Part shown: positions 44,768-54,207 of the stretch, one piece after another
How the letters are laid out: every line of letters begins with the position of its first letter
Numbering within the stretch: the stretch's first letter is position 1
Sequence record: NC_129898.1
Origin: a phage
Length of the DNA stretch: 64,000 bases
Direction: 5' to 3' (one strand)
Notes under the pieces: model-generated
The model's database searches: none
What the model saw: the letters and a program-made list of their open reading frames with translations, nothing else
What the model was told of the DNA's origin: nothing
Made by a program: the position numbers and the translations under genes

Positions 44768-47107
44768 ATGGCTACAAACAAAATAGTTGCCACAACAGTC
44801 AACAAGATTGGCTTTGAGATAGAGAACTCCTCCTACAAAAAAGCTGTAGAGAAAATTCGCAGTATTGGGAGGGAGTTCAGGAAACTGGGCGAGGATTTTA
44901 ACTCAGCCAACCCAATGAGTAGATGGCAGGCAGTGGCTGTTAAAACCCAGCAAACAATGCAGCGGGTTGCCAGACAGCAATCTCAGGCAAATGCTAAACT
45001 TCACAGGGAGAGCGTAGCACAAGCCAAGAAAGAGGCTGCAGTAAGGGCTGCAATAGAACGTAGGGAAAACGCAAGACGTAAACAGGCTGTAGGTAATCTT
45101 ACCGCTAAAAATCCAGAAATGGCCAGGATGCGTAAGTTCTACCAGCAGCAAGCTAAAGAGGCCAAAAAGGCTGCCAAATCTACACCAGTGTCTTACGGCG
45201 GTTATAAGGCACCAAAGGCAAGAGTTTTGGCTAATGCCAAATCTTTCAAGTATATCCCAGGTAACCCTAATATGGGTGGTGTGGCTTCCGACCCTAACCT
45301 TGTGAAAGCTCAGACAGCCGCTATGAATCGTTATCATAGACAGCTAAGAAGAGACAGTAAAGCTGGTATGGATAATAAGCTTATGTCTGATCGTGAGGCA
45401 AGGAGAACCCACCTCTACAACTCTGCGATAAGACTTTCTGCCAAGTATGGGGCCGGATTCCGTGGAAGCTTGGCAGGATACTCAGAGTTAGAGTCCAGGT
45501 TTGCTCGCGGGGAGATGAAAAAGTCAACCTTTAACGCCCACCTGTCAGCTCTGCAGTCTGGATTTAAAAGCGCCACCAGCCAAACGCTTACACTAGGTGA
45601 TGCCATGAGGGACTTACGTAGGTCTGTTATTAATGCAACAGCTGCGTATACTGCTTTCTCTGGATTTACTGCTGTGAACAGATCTGGTCACATGATGGAG
45701 GGGGCAAGTGCTGCTCTTACTGCTGTTACTGGAGATCCAAACAAAGCCAACAGTGAGGTTGCGTTTGTCCAGCAAGAGGCTATGCGTCTTGGTTTTGATC
45801 TCAAATCTGGTCTTCAAGGTTACGCCCAGATGGCGGTAAACGCCAAAAACCAGATGACAAATCAAGAGGTGCATGAGCTATTCTCTGCATACTCACAGTA
45901 TGCTGCTGCTTACGGTGCCGATGAGGTAAAATACCAGCGTGGCATCATGGCAATCCAGCAAATGCTCGGTAAAGGACAGGTAATGTCCGAAGAACTGAAG
46001 CAACAACTTGCTGAAGCATTGCCTGGTGCATACGAACCTTTTATCAAAGCCACCAAAGAGGCTTTTGGTCTTTCTGAACTATCCATGGATCAGTTCATGG
46101 ACATGATGAAGAAAGGTGAGGTTAAAACAGCCAAGATCATGAAGTATGTGGCTAAGTACATGAACGAGGCATCTGCAGCTGGTTATGAAAGAATGCAGAA
46201 GTCTAACGTACTGGCAGAAAACAGGCTGAAAACCTTCATCGAACTATCTCGTCAGAAGCTGTTCACCCGTTGGGCTGATGAATTAACAGAGTTCTATTAT
46301 ACACTGATTCGCACAGGTGAGACTTTGCAATTTGTGTGGGATGCCTCTGGTGATTTTGTTAGCGGGTTTGTGAGAGGCCTCAACTGGGTAGTTGGTGAAC
46401 TAAACAATACCATAGTCAAGATCCGCATGTTTTTCCTTGAATGGGGGATTAAATGGGGATTCATAACAGCTAAGACGAAGGAATATTCTGAAGAGCTTAA
46501 TGACACCTTTAGCTATGCTAAATGGGCAGGGTTTGCTGCTGCCATCATGCTGGTAGTGAACGCCCTGACAAAAGGTTTTGTCATGGCATCTATGCTTGTA
46601 AAAACCTTCAAATTCCTTAGTTCTATAAGAGGCGCAGCTGGAGCAGCAGGTGCAGGTGCAGCTACCACAGAAGGATCTGGTGGTGGTGCGGCAGGAAAAG
46701 GGGGAGGTGGCCTCAAGACACCTGGCGGTAAAGTTGGCCTGCTTGGGAAGCTTGGTATTATCGGTACAATATTAAGTGCCGGGGAGTTATTTAATGACCG
46801 TTTCAACCCGCTGAGTGAGAGAAATCAGCAACTGGATACTATCAGCGATATGATTCGCAAAGATATCATATCGGGAGGTAACGGGTTTGTTGATCCTTTG
46901 GACACCTTACCGGGAGGGACTCTTCCGTTGCCGGGTGGTCCTGGTTTTGCTTCTCAATTAAGAACTATGGAAATGCTACCTTTAGAGATCAGTGATGGCA
47001 AAATCACGATTTCAATAGATGAGGGGGAGTTTAGCAAAATACTTGATGCAAAACTTGAGTGGGAGAATAACAAAGATATTAACTTTATGTCAACAGATCT
47101 TTGGTAA
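44768..47107 (+). CDS. tape measure protein
   Basis: 779 aa, helix-rich N-terminal two thirds, hydrophobic segments and Gly-rich stretch near the C-terminus; follows the chaperone pair. Confidence 0.75.
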   Translation: MATNKIVATTVNKIGFEIENSSYKKAVEKIRSIGREFRKLGEDFNSANPMSRWQAVAVKTQQTMQRVARQQSQANAKLHRESVAQAKKEAAVRAAIERRENARRKQAVGNLTAKNPEMARMRKFYQQQAKEAKKAAKSTPVSYGGYKAPKARVLANAKSFKYIPGNPNMGGVASDPNLVKAQTAAMNRYHRQLRRDSKAGMDNKLMSDREARRTHLYNSAIRLSAKYGAGFRGSLAGYSELESRFARGEMKKSTFNAHLSALQSGFKSATSQTLTLGDAMRDLRRSVINATAAYTAFSGFTAVNRSGHMMEGASAALTAVTGDPNKANSEVAFVQQEAMRLGFDLKSGLQGYAQMAVNAKNQMTNQEVHELFSAYSQYAAAYGADEVKYQRGIMAIQQMLGKGQVMSEELKQQLAEALPGAYEPFIKATKEAFGLSELSMDQFMDMMKKGEVKTAKIMKYVAKYMNEASAAGYERMQKSNVLAENRLKTFIELSRQKLFTRWADELTEFYYTLIRTGETLQFVWDASGDFVSGFVRGLNWVVGELNNTIVKIRMFFLEWGIKWGFITAKTKEYSEELNDTFSYAKWAGFAAAIMLVVNALTKGFVMASMLVKTFKFLSSIRGAAGAAGAGAATTEGSGGGAAGKGGGGLKTPGGKVGLLGKLGIIGTILSAGELFNDRFNPLSERNQQLDTISDMIRKDIISGGNGFVDPLDTLPGGTLPLPGGPGFASQLRTMEMLPLEISDGKITISIDEGEFSKILDAKLEWENNKDINFMSTDLW

Positions 47108-47120
47108 TAAACAGCACACA

Positions 47121-47145
47121 GGGGGCTCCGGCCCCCTTTATTTTA
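47121..47145 (+). terminator. rho-independent terminator
   Basis: GGGGGCTCCGGCCCCC hairpin followed by TTTATTTTAT. Confidence 0.6.
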
Positions 47146-47151
47146 TCGGTG

Positions 47152-47180
47152 TTGTAAAAACGGCTATTTTATGATACAAT
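47152..47180 (+). promoter_or_regulatory. promoter with extended -10 (TGATACAAT)
   Basis: TTGTAA-17-TACAAT with TG; same extended -10 as at 29572-29580. Confidence 0.4.
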
Positions 47181-47213
47181 ATTTAGATGGTATCGGAGTG
47201 TCCTGGAGAGGTT

Positions 47214-48098
47214 ATGCCAAGCAATATAGTTGATGAAAAAGACCTGTACAAGCCTCAAGAGGTTAAATCTCCAAAGGCTGAAAAGGCAGAACAGCAAACT
47301 GAAAGCGATGTAAAGTACACTATGTTTGTCAGCGGTCTTAACTATGGTGGTCGCAATACGGAGATGAAGGGTAAAAACTTTACTAACGATCTTGCCATCA
47401 TCTTCGATCAGATTGAGAACTACTCTTTCAAACATACTGTTGATAAGACTGATTTTGCGGTGGAAGATAAATCTACCCTGTCAGACCACGCTGTAATTAA
47501 AGATGGTGTATTTTCTTTTACTGGTAGGGTAAATACATCACCACATATAATCTATGAGCAAAACTACATTGACAGGAATACTGACTCTAAAAACCCTGCA
47601 GCATCTATGCGACCGGGCGCTGCACTGGAGGCTTTGACTGAGATCATTAATAAGCGCCAGTTGGTTTCTTTGGTTACCGAGGAAAGACTCCTTGAGAACT
47701 ACATCATAACCAGCCTTTCTGCCAACAAGTCTGTTGGTGAAGGTGCTGCGATGGTGTTTGATGTAGAACTTACAGAGTTCCGCACATTCTACTTGAACAA
47801 GGTTGTTAATGCAACTGTATACAGCAACCCTAAGAAAGTAGGCAAGACCCAGCAAAAAGGTGCTGTCAACGACTGTAAGAATGGCAGTAACGTAGGTAAC
47901 AAGAGGGACACAGGGGCATTTGCAGACACTGCCTCCACAAATGCCGCAGAAGAGTGGCAGCCATACAAATCTATGATGTGGACGGATGAAAACGGTGTTA
48001 CCCAATCCGCAGCAGATTGGTATTATCAGGAATATGGAAGACCTTCTACCATAGTCCCATCTGAGCAGGGAAACTACAACAAAGTTAACGGAAAATAA
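47214..48098 (+). CDS. tail/baseplate protein
   Basis: Started at ATG 47214 (GGAGAGG RBS); the track start 47187 lies in the promoter. Confidence 0.45.
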   Translation: MPSNIVDEKDLYKPQEVKSPKAEKAEQQTESDVKYTMFVSGLNYGGRNTEMKGKNFTNDLAIIFDQIENYSFKHTVDKTDFAVEDKSTLSDHAVIKDGVFSFTGRVNTSPHIIYEQNYIDRNTDSKNPAASMRPGAALEALTEIINKRQLVSLVTEERLLENYIITSLSANKSVGEGAAMVFDVELTEFRTFYLNKVVNATVYSNPKKVGKTQQKGAVNDCKNGSNVGNKRDTGAFADTASTNAAEEWQPYKSMMWTDENGVTQSAADWYYQEYGRPSTIVPSEQGNYNKVNGK

Positions 48099-48110
48099 GG
48101 GGAGCGTGTA

Positions 48111-48491
48111 ATGGAACTTAAAGATTGGTGCATAATCACCTTTGTGTGGGACATTGACGGCTTTCCTGATCAAACCATGCGTGTTGTTTTAGACAATGAG
48201 ACGTATGAAATGCGTATGCAATGGAATGAGAGGGATGAGTCCTGGTGGTTATCTCTTGGTCCGGTAGGTGACAGCCCTTTAGTAACTAGAAAAGTAACAG
48301 CTTGTCAAGATATTCTAGACGGACTGCATTACAGAGACGATTTACCGAAAGGTAGATTGATGGTGCTGTCGTTTAAAGACGATCAATATTGGGGAAGGGT
48401 TGGAAGATACAACCTTGGAGCAAGGTCTGAGCTGCAACTTGTATACGGTACCCCAGTTGATCTTTACAAGGAACAGCAAGGGTTAGAATAA
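48111..48491 (+). CDS. tail/baseplate protein
   Basis: 126-aa ORF in the tail operon. Confidence 0.45.
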   Translation: MELKDWCIITFVWDIDGFPDQTMRVVLDNETYEMRMQWNERDESWWLSLGPVGDSPLVTRKVTACQDILDGLHYRDDLPKGRLMVLSFKDDQYWGRVGRYNLGARSELQLVYGTPVDLYKEQQGLE

Positions 48492-49489
48492 TGGCAGAGT
48501 ACAGACGTAGAACATGGCGACTGTTGTTTGGTCGTCCTGTAGAGCATGGCGGTAAATCAAAAACCAATATCCCAAAATCTGTTGAAAAGAAAGGAGAGAG
48601 TGATTCCGGAGTTTATGAGATTAGTTCGGACACTGGTGCTGCCAATATAGAGTTTGACATACAAAAGGACAATACCAAAGAGCCAAACAAAGGCTATGTG
48701 ACAGTTTACAACCTGTCTGACGATACAGTTAACTATCTAGATATGCATCAAGCTGATGCTCTTGCAGTTATGTTTGAGGCTGGCTATGATAATGAGAACC
48801 AGTTGATATTCTCTGGAACTGTAGAGTTTGTTGAGGACAGATGGGAAGGCCCGACCAGAAAAACTAAGTTCATCTTTGGGGATGGCACTGAGAACATCAT
48901 TAAGTGCCAAAGCACAAGATCTTATCAGAAAGGTACACCTCTGAACTCTGTGCTTAATGACCTACTGAAGGATATGAACTTGCCAAAAGGTAGGGTTGTT
49001 GGTTTTGGAAACCAGACTTTGCAATACTCTATGGCTTTCTCTGGAAACACTGCAGAGAACCTCCGCAGGTTTGCAAGGCTGACCAACTCGACGTTTAGCG
49101 TTCAGGATGGGGCTTTGTATTGGACCAAGGTTGGAAAAAGGTTCAAGGATTCTGTGTTTGAAATAAGTGCAGAATCTGGGATGCACGGATCACCTACTCC
49201 TAAAAACCCAGAACCTGCTAAAAAACGAAAAGCTAAAGCTGCTGCGAAAGGTGGCACAAGTAAGAAAAAGAAAAACCCGAGAGAGGATGTTGGTCTTACT
49301 GTAACCACATGTCTCAACGGAGCTATCCTCCCAGAGTCCACCATTTATCTTAAAAGCAGGCAGTACACAGGCTTCTATAAGGTGATCACAGTGCATCATA
49401 AGGGCACCATAGAAGGTGGTGATTACACTACAGAGCTTGGCCTTGGGGAAACAGTGGGTGGAGTTGTTGACAAAACTGAGGAGGTATAA
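48491..49489 (+). CDS. putative baseplate hub protein
   Basis: 332-aa ORF preceding the spike-like gene; assigned by position. Confidence 0.35.
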   Translation: MAEYRRRTWRLLFGRPVEHGGKSKTNIPKSVEKKGESDSGVYEISSDTGAANIEFDIQKDNTKEPNKGYVTVYNLSDDTVNYLDMHQADALAVMFEAGYDNENQLIFSGTVEFVEDRWEGPTRKTKFIFGDGTENIIKCQSTRSYQKGTPLNSVLNDLLKDMNLPKGRVVGFGNQTLQYSMAFSGNTAENLRRFARLTNSTFSVQDGALYWTKVGKRFKDSVFEISAESGMHGSPTPKNPEPAKKRKAKAAAKGGTSKKKKNPREDVGLTVTTCLNGAILPESTIYLKSRQYTGFYKVITVHHKGTIEGGDYTTELGLGETVGGVVDKTEEV

Positions 49490-50166
49490 TGGCAATAAAT
49501 AGGAAAGATGCTGCTGTAAGATCCTTTATAGAAAAAATAATGAGGGACTACCACACCAGTATCAGGGCCAGAGTTGTCAGTGTAGATTACAGTATCCCCT
49601 CCGCAGCAGTGCAGCCAATAGCTGAAACCACGTTTGATGACGGAGATGTTGAGAGATACCCTCTTATCTATGATGTGCCAATCCAGGTGATGTCTGCAAA
49701 CAGTGGGAAGGCAAGGTTAACACTTCCTATTAAGGCTGGAGATGTTGTAGGATTGCAGTTTTCAGAGAGAAATGAAAACAATAATGATGATCAACAAACT
49801 CACGGCCTGTTTCCAGGGTGGGCAATAACCTCTGTTCATTCAGACTCTAACGCTCTGCAGATCGATCCTGATAATGTAGAGTTATGGAATGATAGGGTTT
49901 ATTTTAAGCTTACACCTTCTGGTGATTTTGAGCTTCAAACACCCGGTGGGACATTACGGTGCGACAGCAGCGGGGAGTTTTCTTTCACCAACGGAGCTGC
50001 CAATTTACGAGCTGCTGTGGACGGAAATATTAGAATGAATGGTGCCACAATAGACCCATCGGGCAGAATCATAACTGCTGCTGGTGTGGATTTGGACTCA
50101 TTCTATGCAGAATATAAAGGTCATACCCACTCTTGCCCTGATGGTGAGACAAGTGGACCGCACTAA
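49489..50166 (+). CDS. baseplate central spike-like protein
   Basis: C-terminal 'HTHSCPDGETSGPH' HxH tip motif resembling P2 gpV-type spikes. Confidence 0.5.
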   Translation: MAINRKDAAVRSFIEKIMRDYHTSIRARVVSVDYSIPSAAVQPIAETTFDDGDVERYPLIYDVPIQVMSANSGKARLTLPIKAGDVVGLQFSERNENNNDDQQTHGLFPGWAITSVHSDSNALQIDPDNVELWNDRVYFKLTPSGDFELQTPGGTLRCDSSGEFSFTNGAANLRAAVDGNIRMNGATIDPSGRIITAAGVDLDSFYAEYKGHTHSCPDGETSGPH

Positions 50167-50178
50167 TAGAGGGCTTGC

Positions 50179-50895
50179 ATGGCTACGCTTTATAGTGATA
50201 TATTGATGGACCCACAGACAGGCGATTTGGCGATAGACAAAGGTCTTAAGTTGATAGACTCGAACCAAGTAAGTCTGCGCCAGCGCCTGTGGATGAGGTT
50301 TAATACCTGGAAAGGGAGCTGGTACTTTGACGAATTGTTTGGCTTCCCTTATATGGACTTTCTTAGCAAGAAAGTCATGAAGACTGTTCTTGATAACAAG
50401 ATTATGGAAGTGGCAAGACAAGAGCCGGATGTGCTAAACATCATAAACTTCCAATCTACCATGGATCGAAGATCGAGAACATATCAAGCGTTCTTTGAGG
50501 TTGTTACCAAGGAGAACGAGATTGTAAGACTTGCTTTCGTAGGTCTTGATCAGTTTACCTATCCACAACCTGATTCTGGGACAACCTCTCTATGTGATGA
50601 TGAAGGTTGGATTAAGTGGGCTAATAAACTGTATTACCTGATCAACTTCAGGTTGCCTAGAACCGGGGATGCCACATGGTGGAACCAGTATGCTGGTCCT
50701 GAGATGGAAAACCCGATCCCTGTAGGATCTCTGTTGACTCAGGATAAAGATCTGCTGATGACCGAGGCAGAACAAACCATTAACCGCAATACCTGGACGC
50801 TTGCTCCAGATGAGCGCGAATACTCTGGTGTTATTGCTACCTCTAATGATGAGGCTATTGCCAACCAGTCTGGTCGTGCTATTGATGTTAACTAA
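50179..50895 (+). CDS. baseplate wedge protein (gp25/W-like N-terminus)
   Basis: N-terminal region loosely resembles gp25/gpW-like baseplate proteins. Confidence 0.35.
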   Translation: MATLYSDILMDPQTGDLAIDKGLKLIDSNQVSLRQRLWMRFNTWKGSWYFDELFGFPYMDFLSKKVMKTVLDNKIMEVARQEPDVLNIINFQSTMDRRSRTYQAFFEVVTKENEIVRLAFVGLDQFTYPQPDSGTTSLCDDEGWIKWANKLYYLINFRLPRTGDATWWNQYAGPEMENPIPVGSLLTQDKDLLMTEAEQTINRNTWTLAPDEREYSGVIATSNDEAIANQSGRAIDVN

Positions 50896-50904
50896 GGAGA
50901 AATC

Positions 50905-51573
50905 ATGGCTGTAGCTTATCCTACAATACCAATTCCAGATCTTGAAGATGCAGAAACAGTCCTGAGTGATGACTTCTTGGTTGTCAATCAGACTGATGGG
51001 ACAAGAAAGGCTAAGATTGACGATGTTGTCAACGATCTCAGCATTACCAAAATAGTCTATTTCACAGAGGGTGGTTATCTTAAGAGCAAGAAGGACTTTG
51101 CTTATGACCCAGAGACCAAGCGCTACTACACGTGGAACGGGGATTATCCTAAAATAATCCTTCCAGACTCTACTGTAGAGGGTGCTGGAGGTGTGTCTGC
51201 AAAAGCCTGGTCTGTTTTTGGGGAGCTTGCTGCAACTTCTTCTGGCAGAATAGTTGATTACGGATCTATTGGTGGTCAGCTTGATATGGATCTTGAAGTT
51301 GCGGACACTTTTAAAGTTCGACTAACTTCAAATACCACAATCTCTTTTGAAAATCAAACAGAAGGCCTTGAAGGGGTGGCGAGAACTATAACCGTATGCA
51401 TTACTCAGACCTCTGGAGGCAACAAAGTCTATTGGCCTGATAATGTTAAATGGGCATACGGAAGAGATCCTATCCTAACATTTACAGCTGGTGCAACAGA
51501 TATTTTCAAGTTAGAAACCTACGACAACGGGCTAACTTGGTACGGGGCACTGATTATAGCAGGAGCTATCTAA
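50905..51573 (+). CDS. tail fibre/tailspike N-terminal anchor-domain protein
   Basis: N-terminus paralogous to the first ~110 residues of the 1479-aa fibre (DDFLVVNQTDGTRKAKIDDVV vs DDYLVVQQPDLTRRVKIGDVV). Confidence 0.5.
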   Translation: MAVAYPTIPIPDLEDAETVLSDDFLVVNQTDGTRKAKIDDVVNDLSITKIVYFTEGGYLKSKKDFAYDPETKRYYTWNGDYPKIILPDSTVEGAGGVSAKAWSVFGELAATSSGRIVDYGSIGGQLDMDLEVADTFKVRLTSNTTISFENQTEGLEGVARTITVCITQTSGGNKVYWPDNVKWAYGRDPILTFTAGATDIFKLETYDNGLTWYGALIIAGAI

Positions 51574-51574
51574 G

Positions 51575-54172
51575 ATGCGTATTCAACACAACATTGATAA
51601 CGTATTTCAGATGATTGAGGGGCACAGGAAGTGCCTCGATAACAACACAGGCATTACCAATCTCCCCACGCAGAACAAACTGGTAAACCAGGATGGACTT
51701 ATAGCGTCAGGTTGGTCAGGGAGTAAGATAAATAATGATTGGGCAATGCATGAAGCTCAGGCTGTGTTGATTCTGGGGTACATTGAGGCATACAGGGCAT
51801 CAAAAAGCGATTTTTACCTAGATAGGGCCAAAGAAGCTTGGGAAGCCTACAACAGTCATCTTCTGGGTGCCTATGCAGTAGAAAGTAAAATGCAAAGATT
51901 GTCCCACTACCCATTATCCACAGATGGGGTTCCATCACATGGTGGATTTAAAGATGTAGTGGTGTCTTTTACCAATGGTAGAGGAAAAATCCCAGCTGGA
52001 TCTCCGACATGGGGGGAATACTTAGACAAGGCATTCCAAGCGTATAACGGTGTGCTAGGAAGAAACACTGTAGACTCTGATGTTTACGGCGGCACAGATG
52101 CTAACCCAAATTGGACAACATCTGGATTAAGTTGGTGGGTTGAGTGGTATATAGCATGGGATGGTAACCGCTATTGGGCCAACGGTAGCATAGCCGACAG
52201 TGGTCATACGTCTGTAGAGTTCGGCACAATCCAACTGCAGGATAAGGGTGTTACAGGCAGCCACAAGGTAACCTACTGTGTAAGATTGCCACAAGAGCAG
52301 GGTGGATCGGTGATACCTGCTGGATCCCCTGTAATTGTAAATCCTATAAATGTGGTTGCAGACAATCAAGCCCCAGAGTTGGATGGGGAAGAAATGTGGT
52401 GTGACGCTTGTTATCAACTCTACACCTTGACAGGTGAGGAAAAGTATTACACAGCGTTTAAGCAGTCTTACAACAAGCTGCTTAATTTCAGCGATATAAA
52501 TGCCTACGACAAACTGTTTAGAAAGACCACGTTAATTAAGGCACCGTTCACAGATGGTACTTGTCTAGTCGCAGGAACAGTTCCTGTCATGAGCAGGGAC
52601 AGCGACGGGTATATCAATTTTAGAATGAACGCACGTCAGCCTTGCGAAATAATTCAAAAAGGGACTACATACAAGATAGGCAGAGATGCTGAAATTGTTA
52701 TGAATTTCGGAGGAGAAGGGGTTCTGTTCCAGCCACACTTCATCCTTAACGATGGCAACAATAACAAAAAACAGTATAGGATAGGTGTCCCTTTTGGAGG
52801 GGCAGAGGTAACAGAGACAGTTGCCAAGGTTACTGATTTCGTAGAGGTGGTTGGTAAAGATGGTAACCCGTATCTCTTACCAAAAGAGGAAAACATTGTC
52901 GTAAGCGGTGGCGCTAGTGTTAGTATGCAGTATGATACCGACATTTATAACCACTCCGACAACTTCACCCGTTGCAACATAGCAAGAGGCAAGGTAACTT
53001 TCAATTTTGGAAGAGAGATTTCTTTAAACTCAGTAACTTATCGATCAGATGATGAGATGATAAGGGTCAAATTTCTTGACAAAGACCGTTGGTTATGGTA
53101 TGCTGATCTATATGCCACTAATGGACAATGGATAACAGAAACTCTTACCCTAGGTGATTTTAAACTAGACCCAACACAACCTCATCACACAGAAGATGAG
53201 ATTAAACCTTTCTTTGCTAACCCTAAAGGAATTACCTCTGTAGATTTCAGTCTGAGCGACAGGCAGATAGGCAATGGCTTGTTCGATCTGTATTGCGTCA
53301 ACACGCTGCCACAATTTTATGTTGCAGATAGGGATGCTTATCTGATCTGGTTTAGTGTATGGATGGCAAGCAAGACAGAATCAACAGCCAAGGTTGGTGA
53401 TTGCTATGTCAGAAACTACAAGCAAGGTGCCTACAGGCACACCCCAGGTGTGTTCCCTGCCGGAAAGGTGATAGACAAGGAAAATTATCTCTTAGAGGAA
53501 AGGCCAAATTGGCCCTATCCTGGAATGCAATATCCGGTAGTCTACTGTATGGGTGCGGAAAACATAGATCGCCAAAGATTGGCAAATACCATTGGATTTA
53601 TGTACGACTCCCAAGTTTGGTATAACAACACATTTAAAACAGAAGGGCCAGTTGCATCTCGCTATGTATGGCAGAGGGGTAATGAGGGGTTGACTGGTTG
53701 GTGGGAGATGGTAGATAACTCTAAACTCCAATCAAGAGCCTTTGTTGCTGCGTGTCGCACACTATATGAGCTTAAGAAACATAAAGAACCTGTTGATGAA
53801 AGACTGTTCCTGTTCTGCCAGAAATGGGCATGGTTCCTCAACAGATTCCAGTCATCTCATTCCGGAAATCTTCCTACAGACTTCAACACCTCAGGAGGAT
53901 ATTCTTATCAAGACAGAGGTGACAGGATGTGGGTGGTAGGTGAATGGCTTGCAGGTTGCTGCTGGCTAGGCCTTTGTGGGTATTCAGAGACAATACCTCA
54001 AATAGATATTGTTGTAGAAGCCTGTGTGAAGTTACTGCAAAAGCACCACTTCATTAACGGGGATAATGTTTTAAACGGCTGCTGGGCAGTTTCTGATCCG
54101 GTAGGCTATCACTCTGGCGAAATCCTTCGCGGTCTGGGACTTTATGCTCAATACCGTGGATTGTACCTTTAA
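51575..54172 (+). CDS. tailspike-like protein, possible glycan-degrading domain
   Basis: 865 aa starting 2 nt after the anchor-domain ORF; N-terminal region suggests an alpha-helical toroid-type fold (weak). Confidence 0.45.
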   Translation: MRIQHNIDNVFQMIEGHRKCLDNNTGITNLPTQNKLVNQDGLIASGWSGSKINNDWAMHEAQAVLILGYIEAYRASKSDFYLDRAKEAWEAYNSHLLGAYAVESKMQRLSHYPLSTDGVPSHGGFKDVVVSFTNGRGKIPAGSPTWGEYLDKAFQAYNGVLGRNTVDSDVYGGTDANPNWTTSGLSWWVEWYIAWDGNRYWANGSIADSGHTSVEFGTIQLQDKGVTGSHKVTYCVRLPQEQGGSVIPAGSPVIVNPINVVADNQAPELDGEEMWCDACYQLYTLTGEEKYYTAFKQSYNKLLNFSDINAYDKLFRKTTLIKAPFTDGTCLVAGTVPVMSRDSDGYINFRMNARQPCEIIQKGTTYKIGRDAEIVMNFGGEGVLFQPHFILNDGNNNKKQYRIGVPFGGAEVTETVAKVTDFVEVVGKDGNPYLLPKEENIVVSGGASVSMQYDTDIYNHSDNFTRCNIARGKVTFNFGREISLNSVTYRSDDEMIRVKFLDKDRWLWYADLYATNGQWITETLTLGDFKLDPTQPHHTEDEIKPFFANPKGITSVDFSLSDRQIGNGLFDLYCVNTLPQFYVADRDAYLIWFSVWMASKTESTAKVGDCYVRNYKQGAYRHTPGVFPAGKVIDKENYLLEERPNWPYPGMQYPVVYCMGAENIDRQRLANTIGFMYDSQVWYNNTFKTEGPVASRYVWQRGNEGLTGWWEMVDNSKLQSRAFVAACRTLYELKKHKEPVDERLFLFCQKWAWFLNRFQSSHSGNLPTDFNTSGGYSYQDRGDRMWVVGEWLAGCCWLGLCGYSETIPQIDIVVEACVKLLQKHHFINGDNVLNGCWAVSDPVGYHSGEILRGLGLYAQYRGLYL

Positions 54173-54175
54173 CAT

Positions 54176-54198
54176 AGGGGGCTGTTTGCCCCCTTTCA
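54176..54198 (+). terminator. weak terminator-like hairpin
   Basis: GGGGGCTGTTTGCCCCC followed by TTT. Confidence 0.3.
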
Positions 54199-54207
54199 GG
54201 AGAAAGA

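Noticed and set aside
47538-48173. 211-aa minus-strand ORF antisense to the tail gene at 47214-48098
   Set aside because: Opposite to operon orientation, Cys/Arg-rich low-complexity translation, no start context; the plus-strand gene has an RBS and fits the operon.
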